Source: Basidiobolus meristosporus CBS 931.73
Lineage: Eukaryota; Fungi; Basidiobolomycota
Assembly (NCBI GenBank): GCA_002104905.1
Contig: MCFE01000148.1
Location: 62,001 to 126,000, forward strand
Reading direction: 5' to 3'
DNA length: 64,000 nucleotides
In this document: in pieces, positions 21,221-35,900 of the stretch
How positions within the stretch are numbered: position 1 is the stretch's first letter
How the letters are laid out: every line of letters begins with the position of its first letter
Translations under genes and position numbers: made by a program
Notes under the pieces: generated by a model
Seen by the model: the letters and a program-made list of their open reading frames with translations, nothing else
Databases searched by the model: none
Told to the model about the DNA's origin: nothing

Positions 21221-24200
21221 TGTTATGATCTACCGCTTGAATGTTTAAGTTAGATCAGTTTTTAGTCAAATCAATTAGTATATGTTTAGGTTATCAGTAT
21301 ATCAGTATTATCAATCAAATCAGTAGCATTAGTCAGCAAATGAATCAGCAGATCCTTATCAGACAGAAATAGATATATTAAGTAAAATCTTATTGGGTGA
21401 TGATGATGCAATCCAATGAGTCATCAGCCACAGTCTACATTAGGAAATACAATTGGTCAGCAATTGATCTGCCAAATTGTATATAAGGAGCTGCTGGAAC
21501 CTCAATAAACGTCAATTCAAGTTTTAGTGAATACAATATTAGCTAAACTTCCTATTCCTCTACAACTCTTGTACCAAGACTTGTAACATTGGTAGCAGCA
21601 ATGACCAGAAACCTCCCTCCTGAAGAAAGAAGAAACCTCCCTCAAGATGTCGGAAAATCAAGAATGGAAGAATGCCATGCAGCAAATCCTGGCCCAACAG
21701 CAATAGTTACTCCAGATCCTCAGCCAACAGCAACAAGGAATGAATACCATGGCTCAGAGCCAGCAAAGCCCTGTCAAGAGCAACTTTAGTGTGAAGGTCA
21801 ATTGGTACCATGGCAGAGTCAATGAAAACCTGGGAACTTGGCTCTTTCATATTGAAGAAGCTTTTAAAGCTAAAGGAATAGCTCCTGAAAGCAAGTTGCA
21901 TTATGCAGCTTCTTACCTGGCAGATGCAGCCTTACAGTGGTACCACAACAAGATCAGGTCAGTCACCAAAATGGGATGCTCTACAATCTCTACCTGGGAT
22001 GAGTTTGTGTCGGAAATTCAGGATGCTTTTGAGCCTCCACACCAGCAGACACTACTAAGAAGGAAGTTGAAGACACTCAGACAGAAAGGAATGGTGCAAG
22101 AATACATCTATGAGTACAGATGTCCACTTGGACAAATTGAAAGAATGGACCCCTTGGATCAAGTTGAATACTTTGTTGATGGGTTGAAAGAAAGAACTTG
22201 CAAGGAAGTGAATTACCAAAGGCCTCAGACTATTGAAGAAGCCATCAAGATTGCCATTGACTATGACTCAGCTATGTTTGGAGTTGGGAAGCCTACAGTG
22301 ACTAATCAGAAAGGCTACAATCATTATTAAAGAAGACAGTCAGAAGCAGTACCAAGGGAAATAGATGCTATGCAGAAGAATCCTACCTCAGAAGAATGCT
22401 AGGAGAAAGGACTTTGCTTCATTTGCCACCAGCAGGGACATATTGCAAAGTACTGCCCTCAGAGAAGAATTGGACATCAGCCAACAAGAACCTTCAACCA
22501 TGTTGAGTCCCATGAACACAGTAATGTGGAAGATGAGCTTGAAGAAGACTCAGAACTCACCTTCCACATGACAGAAGAATACCTATCCCAGATGACCTCA
22601 AGCTCAGGAAAGCTATTATACTTGAATGTAGTAGTCAATGGAGTACCTGCCAAGATCATGATTGACTCAGGAGCATTGCATGAGTACATGTCAGAGCAAT
22701 TTGCTTTGAAAGCTGGAATCAACTTGGAACCTACCAAATCAACTTCAGTCTCCACAGCTGATGGGAACTCTCACATAATCACCCGTATTACCCAGCCAGT
22801 AAGAATGAAGATCAATGACTATGAAGAAGACCTACAGGCTTATAAATTTGGGAACTGCAAGTTTGACCTTGTACTTGGAAAAACCTGGCTATTTTGTTGT
22901 AATCCATCAATCAACTGGAGAACCCATGCTACTCAGATCCAAAAAGACAACAAGACCTATTAGCTATTACCTGCCAGGCTGGATTTCAACTTGGTCAATT
23001 TCAGTATGTGTGAGACAAGTGAACTTAGAAAGACCCAGTTCTGTAGAGCACTTAGAAAAGGTACCAAGATGTTCCTGATGGTGGTATTACAGGAGGATTT
23101 CTCTACCCCAGCACCCCAGCAGGTCCAGACTCTCTTGAAGCAATATTCAGACATGTTTCCAGATGAGCTTGTAAGCTTACCACCAGTCAGAGACATGGAT
23201 CATGCCATTGACACAGGAGATAGCCCTCCAGTGAGCAAGACACCTTACAGAATGAGTCCATTGGAATTGGAGGAAATGAAGAGACAAATTGATCAGCTAT
23301 TGAAGCAAGGATATATCAGGCCCAGCAAGTCACCATGGGGAGCACCAGTGCTTTTTGTGAAAAAGAAGGATGGAACACTTAGGATGCGCATTGACTATAG
23401 AGCCCTGAACTCAGTTACCGTCAAGAATAAGTACCCCATACCTTGGATTGATGAGCTTTTGGACCAACTTAATGGAGCCACTATTTTCAGCAAGATTGAC
23501 CTCATGTCAGGATACTACCAAATTAGGGTGAAACCAGAAGATATTCCTAAGACAGCATTTAGGACCAGATATGGATATTACGAGTACTTAGTCATGAGTT
23601 TTGGCCTCACTAATGCCCCTGCAACATTCATGATGCTGATGCAGACTGTCTTTCAGGAGTACTTAAACAAGTTTCTGATAATCTACCTGGATGACATATT
23701 GACATACAGCAAGACAGAAGAGGATCACGTAGTGCACATTGAAAAGGTCTTGGAGAAACTAAGAGAGAACAAGCTATATGGCAAGCTAGCCAAGTGTGAA
23801 TTCTTCAAGGAGCACTTTGAATACCTGGGACACATAGTGACTAGCACAGGAGTGACCTTAGACCCTAAGAAGGTTGAAGTTATCAAGAATTTGAAGCAGC
23901 CCCATAGCATATCAGAACTCAGATCCTTCCTTGGAATGGTTTCCTATTATTGGAGATTTGTCAAGTCTTTTGCAAGTATTGCAGCCCCTTTAACTGATAT
24001 CCTCAAGAAAGACAATGCCTACAAGTGGGACATAGCTTGTGAGACTGCCTTCCAGACGCTCAAGAATGAACTTGCTAAGTTGCCAAGCTTAAAAATACCA
24101 GATTTCTGAAAAGAGTTCACTCTGTGCACAGATGCTTCAGATTATGCAATTGGTGGAGTGCTGAGCCAAGAACACAAGGGAAAGGACTACCCTGTTGCCT

Positions 24201-26158
24201 TTGAATCTAAGAAACTGAACTCAGCAGAACAAAACTATCCAGTCCATGAGAAGGAGATGCTTGCTATAATACACTGTTTGAAGACATGGAGATGCTATAT
24301 TGAAGGAGTCAAATGCACTGTGAAGACTGATCATGCCTCCATCAAGTATATATTTACTCAGAAGGTACTCTCTAGAAGAATGACAAGATGGAGTGAATAC
24401 ATTCAGCAATTTGACCTGGAGATTGTCTACTACCCTGGAAAAAACAACATGGTTGCTGATGCCTTATCAAGATTAGATCAAGTTGCACAACTCAACCTGG
24501 TGCATGAATCAGATTGGCCTAGCCTATTACCAAAGTACTTGGAGGACCAAGCCATTCCTAATGGGGTGGATGAAGAGATAAAGAAGATAATCCGGGATGA
24601 AGCCAGCAAATTTGTTGTACAGGATGAAACACTCTACCAAATTGTTGATGGAAGCCCTATTGCCTATAGCCCTTATGTTACTTGCCTGGATTTAATACAT
24701 AAGCTACACAATGTATATGGACATCTTGGAATTGAAGGAACCTATAGCTTTGTGAAAGTCAGAGCATGGTGGCCCAGAATGAAATAAGATATTGAGAAGA
24801 TAGTGAAAACATGCCCAAACTGCCAAATCTATCAAGGCCAGCCACAACAAATTGCCAAACTCTTTCCTTTGGAGCCTGTAAGACCATTTGAGAGATGGGA
24901 AATTGACTTTATTGGAAGACTGCCAACTACCAGGAAATGCAACTGTTGGATCCTAGTAGCAATTGACCATGCCACTTAATGGCCAGTGGCTAAAGCTGTA
25001 CCTAGAGCCAGTGAACAAAAAGTTGCAAGTTTCATTTACCATGAGATCCTGATGAAGTTTGGATGCCCTGTGGAAATCTTATCTGATAGAGGAGCAAACT
25101 TTATGGCAAAGACATTAGAGGCTTATCTGGAAATGCAGCAGATCAAACACTTGAAAACCTTGGCATATCACCCCAGAACTAATGGAGTCACTGAACAGTT
25201 TAATGGATTATTTGGAAAAGTGCTGACCAAGTATGCAAATGGAGCTGTCAGTAGATGGGATGAGTATATAGACCAAGCACTCTTTGTATGCAGAGTTGGA
25301 GTACACAACACTGCCCAAAAATTGCCATTTTACTCTATGTATGGATGTTAACCAAGGATTCCTGGAGATCTCACACAACCAAAGCTTACAGACACCTTAG
25401 AAGATGAACTCAGGCAGCCAAGTAGACACCAGCAACTGGAACAAAGACATCAAGAAGCACAGACAAAAGTATCTCAAAGTGCAGAAAAGTTGAAGCAGAG
25501 ATTTGATGAAAATATAGCACCAGAAGCATTGACAGTTGGGAACTTTGTATTGCTAAGAAACAATATTTGAAAGAAGTTTGAGCCACAATGGACAGGACCA
25601 TTCAAGATCATCAGAAAATGTCCATTTGCAACTTACCAACTGATGGACAAATACGGTAATATCCGGGAAGACTTAGTGCATAGGGACAGACTCAAGCTTG
25701 CAAGACTTGCTGATAATACTGAACCATCAAGATATTGGTATCACAAGAAAAGAGACTCAGGAGAACCCTCTCAACTTTAGTAGGGGAGAATGTTATGATC
25801 TGCTGCTTGAATGTTTAAATTAGATCAGCTTTTAGTCATATCAATTAGTATATGTTTAAATTATCAGTATATCAGTATTATCTATGAAATCAGTAGCATT
25901 AGTCAGCAAATGAATCAGCAGATCCTTATCAGACAGAAATAGATATATTAAGTAAGATCTTATTGGGTGATGATGATGCAATCAAATGAGTCATCAGCCA
26001 CAACCTACATTAGGAAACACAATTAGTCAGCAATTGATATGGCAAAATGTATATAAGGAGCTACTGGAATCTCAATAAAAATCAGTTCAAGTTTTAGTGA
26101 ATACAATACTAGCTAAACTCCCTATTCCTCTACAACTCTTATACCAACACTTTTAACA
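21221..26158 (+). mobile_element. Full-length G1 Ty3/Gypsy (4.94 kb) with premature stops
   Basis: LTRs 21221-21588 and 25791-26158, TSD GGTA, PBS TTGGTAGCAGC, PPT AGTAGGGGAGAA. Gag, CCHC, protease IDSGA, RT YLDD (22991-24109), RNase H, integrase. Confidence 0.97.
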
Positions 26159-29100
26159 GGTAGTAGCAGTAACCAGACACCTCCATTCAATAGAGGGAAG
26201 TAGCCTCCCTCAAGATATAAAAATAACAGGAATGGAAAAATACAATGTGGCAAATCTGTGCCTAATAGTATTAGATACTCCCAATTTTTAGCTAACAGCA
26301 ACAAAGAATGTCTAACATGGCCCAGGACCAGCCAATCCCTGTGAAGAGCATCTTCAGTGTGAAGGTTAACTGGAGCCATGGTAGTGTCAATGAAAACTTG
26401 GGAAATTGGCACTCTAAGATTGAAGAAGCTTTTAGGGCTAAAGGAATTGCCCAGAGAGCAAGTTATGTTGTGCAGCCTCTTACCAGGCAGATGAAGCTTT
26501 ACAGTTGTACCACAACAAGACTAGATCAACAGCTATAATTGGATGTTCTACTATCTCTACCTGAGATGAGTTTGTGTTTAGAGTATAAGATGGTCTGGAA
26601 CCTCCTCACTAGCAGACACCAATAAAGGAATATGAAGACCCTCAGACAGAAAGGAACTTTGCAAGAATACATTCATGGGTGTAGATATCTACTTTGACAA
26701 CTTATAAGAATTAACCCCAGTGATCAAGTTGAATACCTGCTTGATGGTTTGAAAGAAAGAACTTGTAAGGTGAACTATCAAAGACCTTACTCTATTGACA
26801 AAGCCATCATGAATACCATTGACTATGACTCAGCTACATTTGGAGCTGAAAGCCTATAATGACTAATCAGATAGGCTACAGTCACCATGAAAGAAGACAA
26901 CCAGAAGCTGTGCCATGGGAAATAGACACTTGGCCAAAGAGTCCCACCTTAGAAGAATATGAGAAATGACTTTGTTTTGACTGTTACCAGCAAGTGCATA
27001 TCTCAAAGTAATGCTCTCAGAGGAGAGATGAGCGTTGTTCAGCAAGAGCCTTTAACCACACTAAAGCTCTTGAACATAATAATTTGTAGGATGAACTTAA
27101 TGGAGACTCAGGACTTGCATTCCATATGGAAAGAAGATCCTTGTGTCAGATGACTTCAAGCTCAGGAAACCTATTATACCAGCACAGAGCAATAGATAGG
27201 GTACCTGCTATGATTGTGATTGACTCAGGAGCATCACATGAGTACATTTCAAAGCATTTTGCCCTAGAAGCTGGAATCAACTTGGAACTCACAAAAATAG
27301 CTCCAGTTTCAGCAGCTGATTGAAACTCACAGAATCAACCCAATTGCTCAGGCAATAAAAATCAGGATCAATGACTGGGAAGAAGATCTACAGGCATACA
27401 TGTTTAGCAGCTGTAGACTTGACCTTGTACTTGAAAAGACCTGTTATTTTGCTGTAATCCATCAATCAACTGGAGATCTCATGCTACTGAGATTCATAAG
27501 GACAACAAAACATATAAGCTACTACCAGACACTCTGGATTTCAGCTTGGTCATTTCCAGTTTGAGTGAGACAAGTGAGCTTAGCAAAGCACAGTACTGTA
27601 GGAAACCTGGGAAAGGTTCCCAAATGCTCTGCATTGTGATAGTACAGGGGAATTTCTCTACCACAGCTCCCCAGAAGGCCCAGACTCTTTTGAAGAAATA
27701 TTAAGACATGTTTCCAGATGAACTTGTAAGCCTACTACCAGTTGGTGATATGGATTGTACTATTCATCAATAATTGAAGTAGCCCCAATGCAAATCAGAA
27801 CTCAGATCTCAGATAAGAGCTTACTCTGAGCCCACATGTTTCAGATTGTGCCATTGGTGGAGTATTGAGCCAAGACAATGAGGGAAAGGACTGCCTAGTT
27901 GCCTTCATATCCATAAAACCAAGCTCAGCAAAACAAAACCATCTATTGCATGAGAAGGAGATGCTAGCCACAATTCACTGCTTGAAGTCATGGAGATGCT
28001 ACATTGAAGGGGTCACATGCTCTGTGAATTCTGATCACACCCCAATCAGGTATATACTTACTGAGAAGGTACTATCCAGAAGAATGTCAAGAAGTAGCAA
28101 ATACACTCAGTAATTTGACTTGAAAATTGGCACTGCCCTGGCAAAGACAACACTGTTGCTGATATCATATCAAGACTGGAACAAGTTGCACAACTCAACA
28201 TGGTGCATGAATCAGAATGGCCTTGCCTATTAACAGGGTATTTGGAGGACCAAGCTACTGCTAATGAGGTTAATGAGGATGTCAAGAAGCTAATACAGGA
28301 TGAAGCCAGCAAATTTTAGTACAGGATGAAACACTCAACCAAATTGTTGAAAGAACCTCAATAGCTTATTGCCCTTCTGTTGCTTGTCTAGATTTAATGC
28401 ATAAGCTACACAATGGATATGAACATCTTGAAATTGAAGGTACCTATAGCCTTGTGAAAACCAGATTGCAGCAAGTTATTGAGAAGCTGGTGAAAATGCA
28501 CCCAAGTAGCCAAAACAACCCAGGCATACCACACAGAAGTGCCAAACTCTTTCCCTTGGAGCCTGTAAGACCATATGAGAGATGGGAAATGACTTTGATA
28601 ACAGACTGCCAACCTTCATGAAATGCAACAGTTGGGTCCTAGTAGCGATTGACTATACAACTATATGACAAGTTGCTAAAGACATACCTGTGGCCAGTGA
28701 GCAAGAAGTTGGACAATTCATCTTCCATTAGTTCCTGATGAAGTGCGGATGCCCTGCAGAGAAGCTAGCTGATAAAGGTGCAAACTTGATGGTAGAGATA
28801 TTGAAAGCTTACTGGGATACGCAGCTGGTAAAACTCTTGAAAACCTTGCATATCACCCCAGGACTAATGGAGTCACCATGCAGATTAAAGGAGTATTTAG
28901 AAAAATGCTGACCAAGTAGTCAAATGGAGCTGTCAGTGGATGGGATGTGTATATTGACCAGGCACTATGTGCCTGCAGAGTTATAGTGCACAGCAACACC
29001 TAACAACTGTAGCAATTTAAGAAGTAATTTGGATATAGGGAACTTATCAAGAAATAGTGATAATAGTTGAACTTTTGTTTATTTGTAAAGAAGCTCAGTA

Positions 29101-30474
29101 TTTATACCTTTGTAGAAGTAACACAGCTGCAACACTAAGTAGGGAGGGTTTCTCAATATTCAGGAGCATTCTGTAACAGTTTCAGGGTTAGTACATCATG
29201 TTTAGCAAAAGTGCTAATTTGATCCTGAATATAGCGGAATAATCATAAGATTATATATCTGGAGAAAGTGGCAAAGTCAAGGCAGTAAATAAGTCCTACA
29301 GTGACTAAGACTAGTCTAGAATTGTTAAGTAAATCTTTAGCTGCTGAATGATACCAAATAGTCCAATATTTTAACACTCCCCCTCAACTAAATAATTTCT
29401 TTATCCCAATTTCTCTCTAAGGATCTCAAACTGTGGCCTAGCTAGTGGTTTTGTCAATATGTCTGCCACCATTTTGTCAGTTGGGCAGTAAACTAACTCC
29501 TCTAAGTTATTTTCTACTGCTTCACTCACAAAGTGATTCTGTATATCAATGTGCTTAGTTCTGGCATGATTAGTAGGATTTCTAGCTAATGAAATACAAC
29601 TTTGATTATCCTTGTATATACATGTTGGTTCACCTGAGCTAAAACCTAAGTCTTTGAATAAGTTTTGTAGCCGTATAGCCTCCGTGGTTGCTTGACATGC
29701 AGCCATATATTTGGCTTCAGTTGTAGATAGTAGACTTGTTCCATTGTACCGTGCCAGGGCATGCGGCGTGATCTGCGGTTGTAAAGAACAATCAGGCGCG
29801 ATATTATAGCTACCAGAAGGAAGGATTGTTCTTGGACAATTTTGCACTATGTGGGACAATCTCGCACACTATGGCACAGTCCGACACGATGAGGTTGGAA
29901 CGGATGATCACGCCAACTTGTAATGTTTGCATCACATGCGCAATCAGATACCGCCATTATGGTGGGTAAAATCCGGTATTTGGATATGTTTCTTTAATGT
30001 AAATGGAAATAGATTTGTATCACACTATAAACTAGACTAGTACTTACCATTTTGGTTACCCTCACTCCAATTGGACACTATCTCAGTGGTTAATTGGTCC
30101 AAAGGTATCCTGAAGCTGGCAGCCCCCAATTGGCTCATTGACTACTGAAAAACCTACCTGATTTGCCATCAAATATCCCATTTTGTTCATTGAGCAAGTA
30201 AATCCCTGATCCTAGTGATTGGACAAGGTGTCATAGCCAGCACTCAAGCAATTGTGTAGGTGCAAAACAGATCCAATAGCTGCACTGGTATTACAGATGA
30301 CATATATATATGCAGGGTGTTTATTTATAGGGGTTCTGTCTCAAATGTGAGATGACCTTGATATTACTTATATCAAAAATTTGATGATCACTGATTTGCA
30401 ATGGCTTGATTTGGATCGCAAAAAAAAAGGGTTGTCGGGATCATTACAAATGTGAGCAATTCAAAGCAATTGCA

Positions 30475-31707
30475 TCATCTTCTCCTGGGTTTTTTTCTCA
30501 CAGGGATTACTACTGAAGCATTTGGTAGTGACTCACTTTGCACACCTATACTACTTCCTGGCTGACTATCATCTTGGCTACTTCTGTATTTGTAGTCAGT
30601 ATTTTGCCTCCTAGTTGATGAGTGCAATGCTACAGCTTGGCCGCGCTGAATTGCTCCAACTGAACCAACTGAACCGGCCTGTAGTGCCATGCGCTGATGT
30701 GTTCTTTTACTTGCCAAGGGCTCCGGTGGTTGAGGCACTTCATGTTGGTCATCATCAGTCAGTTCACCAGAAGTAACTTGCTGATGGTCAGGCAAAACGG
30801 CACACGCAGGCGTGCCTTGATGCGTTGAGATGGCCCTTGGCTGAGTTCAATGTGATGCTGCAAGTTGACACGACTCGGTCTGCTCCAATGGACTTGTGTC
30901 TAAATGAGCAGTTTGGCAAGTTCTCGTAGTTTTGCTCTGAAGCGCACGCGTTGACTTGATGCGGGGCGTTCTGGTAAAGGGTGTTGGCGTGCTCTGGACT
31001 GACGTGCGCCGGCGCGCTGTGGTTGCAAGAGATGGTAGGGAATCCAGCAAGGTGTGCTGGCACAATCTGGATGATGTTGCTTGCGGTCTGTATTCTTCCT
31101 CCTGAAGCTCACCATCTGATTCCTCAAGGTATTCACTTACCCTCTGTCTGATACTTTGGAGCTGTTGCCTGGATGAGTCCTGTGTTTATTGCTCTCAGAA
31201 GCCACTTAGCTCTACTAATATATCATGTAGTACAGTAGTCATTTGAGGCAAAAACTCATTCAAAATCTCTTTGGTTCCCAAAGTTGAGGCATGAACAGAC
31301 GTGTTCCGCCCATACTGTGCAAATTGCGTGCGAAATTGCACCTGTGCGGCTTCTTTGTCAAATCCCCTCACTCTCAGCTCATTCTTGATTTCAATACTTG
31401 TCTTGTTATATATCTTTTTACATACATCGGCTGGCATCTTGATGTAGAACTCATGCCACAGCTTTCTACTCAAATTCTTCCATCTTTGTTGACTCTCTGA
31501 GGTATCTAGTTCTGCTAGATTAATCAGTAGTGCCCAAATATCTGTATGAAGGCTCATCATAGACACTTGGGCCATACTAAAATCATTTGGCAAGAACTCA
31601 AACAGATCCAACATTGACTTTTCCAGTCCGGACTGCGTTTGTGAGCTGGGGGATGGGTTTTGTCTGGGTTGTACTAAAGATGAGTTGAGGCTTGGTATGG
31701 GGACCAT
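30475..31707 (-). pseudogene. PHIS accessory protein, Myb/SANT(MADF)-like, ~410 codons with in-frame stops
   Basis: ORFs 31195-31707, 30847-31065 and 30475-30795 share one frame; DIWALL..ESQQRWKNL resembles the MADF W..RWKNL helices; basic C-terminus RKKPRRR. Confidence 0.6.
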
Positions 31708-32066
31708 AGCAATGGATTTGGATACTTATACAGCAGTATATTGGCATCAACCTGGTCTTATATGAAATATATATGAAAACTAATGTGATTGTTGAATTTT
31801 CCATATATTATGCATGATGCATCTTGGATTGAGTTGACACAGATCAGATCACATCAATTGCAGATTTCCTATTTGATTATAGACCTATGATTAAAGCATC
31901 AATAAAAGTACCAAGGCATTGTTTGCTGATGATTTTTGCATCATAATGATGGGATACATGGCAATTGATGGAGATTTAACCATAATGTATTAAAAATCAA
32001 ATAAATAAGGCAGATTGCGCCAAATCAATTCAAACCACCTTAATACAATCATCCACCATTTTTAAT

Positions 32067-32951
32067 ATGACTTACTCATCTGAATGGTCTTTTCTCATCA
32101 ATCCCATCACTACCACTGGATTTCCTTTTGACACACTAGAGGAGATCTATTCCAAGTACTGTGGACCATCAACCCCAATCTACTCAAGGAGATCCCTTGT
32201 CAAGCTTCTCTGATATTACAAGAAACATTGCCCTACAAGGTTTCATCCCACCATCCATGGCAACAAAAGTCCTAGAAGCTTTCATTCCCAGCTGACAGCA
32301 ATGGAGAACCACCTTGCAGAGGGTATGAATGACTTAGAGCAAGCTTGGTATACTAGGTTCAGAAGCTCCAATAGACTTCCGTATCCCAGAATGTTCAGCA
32401 ACAGGTTCCATATCAGGAGTATTTTGGATACCTTCCCAGTGAGGATTAACAGACCTTCTAGAGGGCAGAGGCACTTTTATTCTGGCAAGTACAAGGCACA
32501 CTGTGTGAAGTTTCAAGCACTGTCTGACATTGAGGGTAACATCATCTGGTTTAGTGGGCCATTTGCTGGAAGTAGGCATGACAAAGCACTCTGGGTAGAG
32601 AATCATCCTGAATTCAGTAGAGGGGAGAAATGTATGGCAGACTTGGCTTATATAGGAGAGGATTGTCAGAGATTAGGATGTATTAAAGCTTATAGGAAGC
32701 CAAGGAATGGTGTACTTAGCAGGAAGCAGAAGCTCTACAATGAGATATTTAATCATTTCAGAGTAAGGGTAGAGCACACATTTGGATATCTGAAGAGATT
32801 CAGCATATTGGCAGGTAAATACAGAGGAAAGTCATATAAAGGAGAAAACAGCAGAATAGGTAAAATAGTTAAGATACTTATTGATGCACAGTATGTTCAT
32901 ACAAGAAGACATCCACTGAGAGAAATGTGTCTGGAGCATTATGAGAAGTAA
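32067..32951 (+). pseudogene. DDE transposase (DDE_Tnp_4 / IS5-like), ~294 codons, stop at codon 49
   Basis: LDTFP, YSGKYKAHCVKFQ, GSRHD, ADLAYIG, YN..RVRVEHTFGYLKRFSIL; TGA at 32211. Confidence 0.9.
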
Positions 32952-35900
32952 ATAAAGCAAGGAAAGCACTATTCTGAGCAACATAAGTAAGATTGAGTAA
33001 AATTACCAGTAACTGTACCATACCACAGGCATCATGGTAGAAGTTATAGTGCCAGATAGTGCCGTAGAGTGCCAGATCAATCCGGCACCATAAACAGGCT
33101 GGCACTATTTGGCACTATCCAACGGAACAAGTCTAGTGCCACAACTGGTTGTTTCTTGCAATTCCAAGTAATAGTTGCACCAGCATAAAGAAATACATAG
33201 CCTGTGGTAGAGTGTCTATCAATCAGATCCCTACCCCAATCTGAATCACTACAACCATCATACTTTTGCCTATTAGCTGCTCCAGAGTATTCCAGTACCA
33301 TATTTATGGTACCTTGTAGATATCTGATAATCCGCTAAACTGCTGCAACTTGATCTGAAACATAATTCTGCATGAATTGACTGACTATTCCAACTGCCAC
33401 TGCAATATCTGAACTTGTAGACACCATCAAGTACATTAGGCTACCAACCATTGATTGATAGGGAAAGTTTTGGTCCATATTTGAGCCGTTTTCATCTATA
33501 ACTGGCTGAGATTTGCTTAATTTCAGGTTATTGTCCATAGGGGTTGCTGCAGGTTTGCAATTTTCCATTTTGAAGCGTCTAAAAATGTCCCTGATGTACT
33601 TAGACTGATTCAGCACAATTTTCTGCGTAGGTATGTCAAATTTGACATCTATTCCAAGAAAATAGCTCAGTTTTCCAAGATCTTTCATCTCAAACTTGCT
33701 GAAGAGATCTGATTTTGTCTGCTTAAGTGCCTCTTGGTTACTTGTAGCTATAATTAGGTTGGCCACATAAAGTATCAGGATGATCACACCCTTTTTGAGC
33801 TGTTTCATATATATACAGTGATCTGCAGTGCTACAAGAGAACCCAATTTCCTCTAGATATGTATCAATCTTGTTATACCATGCTCTGGGTGCCTGCTTAA
33901 GCCCATACAACAATTTTCTAAGTTTGCACACCTTATGGGGGCCTTTTGAATTGGTAAAATCTTCTGGTTGCTCCATATATATAGTTTCTTGCAAATCCCC
34001 ATTTAGAGAGGCTGTTTTGACGTCCATTTGGTGTAGATCTAGACTGTGTACAGCTGCCAGGGCTAGAACTGTCCTAATAGAGTTAAACTTGGCAACTGGA
34101 GCAGATATTTTCTTAAAGTCTAGTCCCTGGATCCGGGAATAGCCTTTAGCTACCAATCTAGCCTTGTACTTATCAACGGCACCATTTGAGGTTATCTTGA
34201 TCTTGTAGACCCATCTACATCCTATTGGCTTTCTCCCATTTGGTAAATCTACCAGTTCCCATGTTTTTGCCTTGATTAGTGATTGGTACTCCTCCTGCAT
34301 GGCATGTTGCCACTTAGTAGCATCTGGACTTTGCATTGCCTGTTCCAAATTCTGAGGTTTGGCACATAAGGCAAGATAAGCTACTTCATGATCATTGGAT
34401 GTCTGCCACCAGGATCCAGGGGCATTTCTTACTCTAGTAGATCTCCTAACTGAGATAATCTGTTCTGATCTGGAGCTTGTAGAAGTATCTTCCATATCTG
34501 GCTGGATTTGGTACGTATCTTCTTCATTAGTGTTGATTGCATCATCAGGCAGCTGACCAATGATTTCTGTGGCTTTCTGATCTGAATTCTCCTCAAATAC
34601 AACATCCCTGCACTTGATCAGCTTCTGAATTTTGCCATCATACACTCTATACCCTTTGGTATCTTCACAATACCCAAGAAAGATCCCTATCCTACTCTTT
34701 GGTTCCAACTTTGAGCATTTTTTGTCAGGGATGTGATAAAAAACATCACTGCCAAAGATCTTGAGGTGCTGGAGATCTGGCTTTTTGCTTGTATATACTT
34801 CAAAGGGTGTAGAATCACATAGTGCTGTGGTTGGGCATCTGTTCTTGATGTATACAGCAGTAGCAACAGATTCAACCCAAAGCTTGTGGTCCATTTCCTT
34901 ATCATGTAGCATAGATCTTCCCATCTCTACTATTGTTCTATTTGCACGTTCTGCTACTCCATTTTGCTGTGGAGTATGAGGAACTGTGGTTTGTTGAAGT
35001 ATACCAGTAGACAAGCAGTATTTTGCAAACTCCTTTGAGCAGTATTCTCCTCCATTGTCACTTTGTAGTACCTTCAATTTGCACCCAGTTTGTGTTTCTG
35101 CCATGTTCTTGAAGTGCTTAAACATCTCTAAAGCTTCATCCTTTGTTTTGAGGAAGTACACCCATGTATATCTTGTCTTGTCATCAATAAACGTCATAAA
35201 GTATCTCTTGGCTCCAAAGGACAGTGTTGTGATGGGGCCACATATGTCTGAGTGTACAATAGCCAATATTACGGTGGTATTGATGCCTTCTGAGCTCTTG
35301 AAACGTTGCCTAGCTTGGTTGCCATATGAACATCCCTTACAAACATTCAATTTGATTGGAATTGAGTATTTTAGGCCCAAAACAAGCCAATTTTTCACTA
35401 ATTAGCTCATTTTCTGTTCCCCAATGTGTCCTAGCCTCCTATGCCACATTTCCCAGTTGGTTTCATCAGTTTCAGCAATGTTGACTTACTCAGGTACAAT
35501 GATCTTGCATTGTAACTTGTATATATTGTGATCTCTGATTCCCAAAGCTAATTTTTGTCCATTTTCACTCAATGTTGAGCAGCTCAGCTTAGTAAAAACA
35601 AATTTCAGTCCCTGAGTAGTTGCTTTACTGACTGAGAGTAGAATCTTAGCTATTCCAGGTACATAGAGTACGTCAGTCAGTATTGCTGTTGTTGCCCCTG
35701 AGTTATCACTCATATTTAGTTGTATAGACCCACTGGTGGAAGCTTCCAATGCAGAGATATCTCCCAGATAAACCTTTCTTATGGGAATAGTGTTTAAGTT
35801 GCTGAACCAATCCTTTATACCACAAATATGCTGTGATGCTCCAGAGTCAATATACCATTCATTACTTTGGTACTTGCACTCTCTTGTACAGTTACAAATA

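Larger units (their letters stand above)
29732..33134. mobile_element. PHIS (PIF/Harbinger-type) DNA transposon copy 2, complete, 3403 bp
   Basis: TIRs AGACTTGTTCC / GGAACAAGTCT, 3-bp TSD AGT, two divergent ORFs, subterminal GTGCC/GGCAC repeats. Confidence 0.95.

Noticed and set aside
29729-33137. TA TSD (Tc1/mariner-like) reading of the DNA transposon ends
   Set aside because: It would add an extra codon to the conserved Copia VALSTTEA motif, and copy 3 has no TA at its left end.
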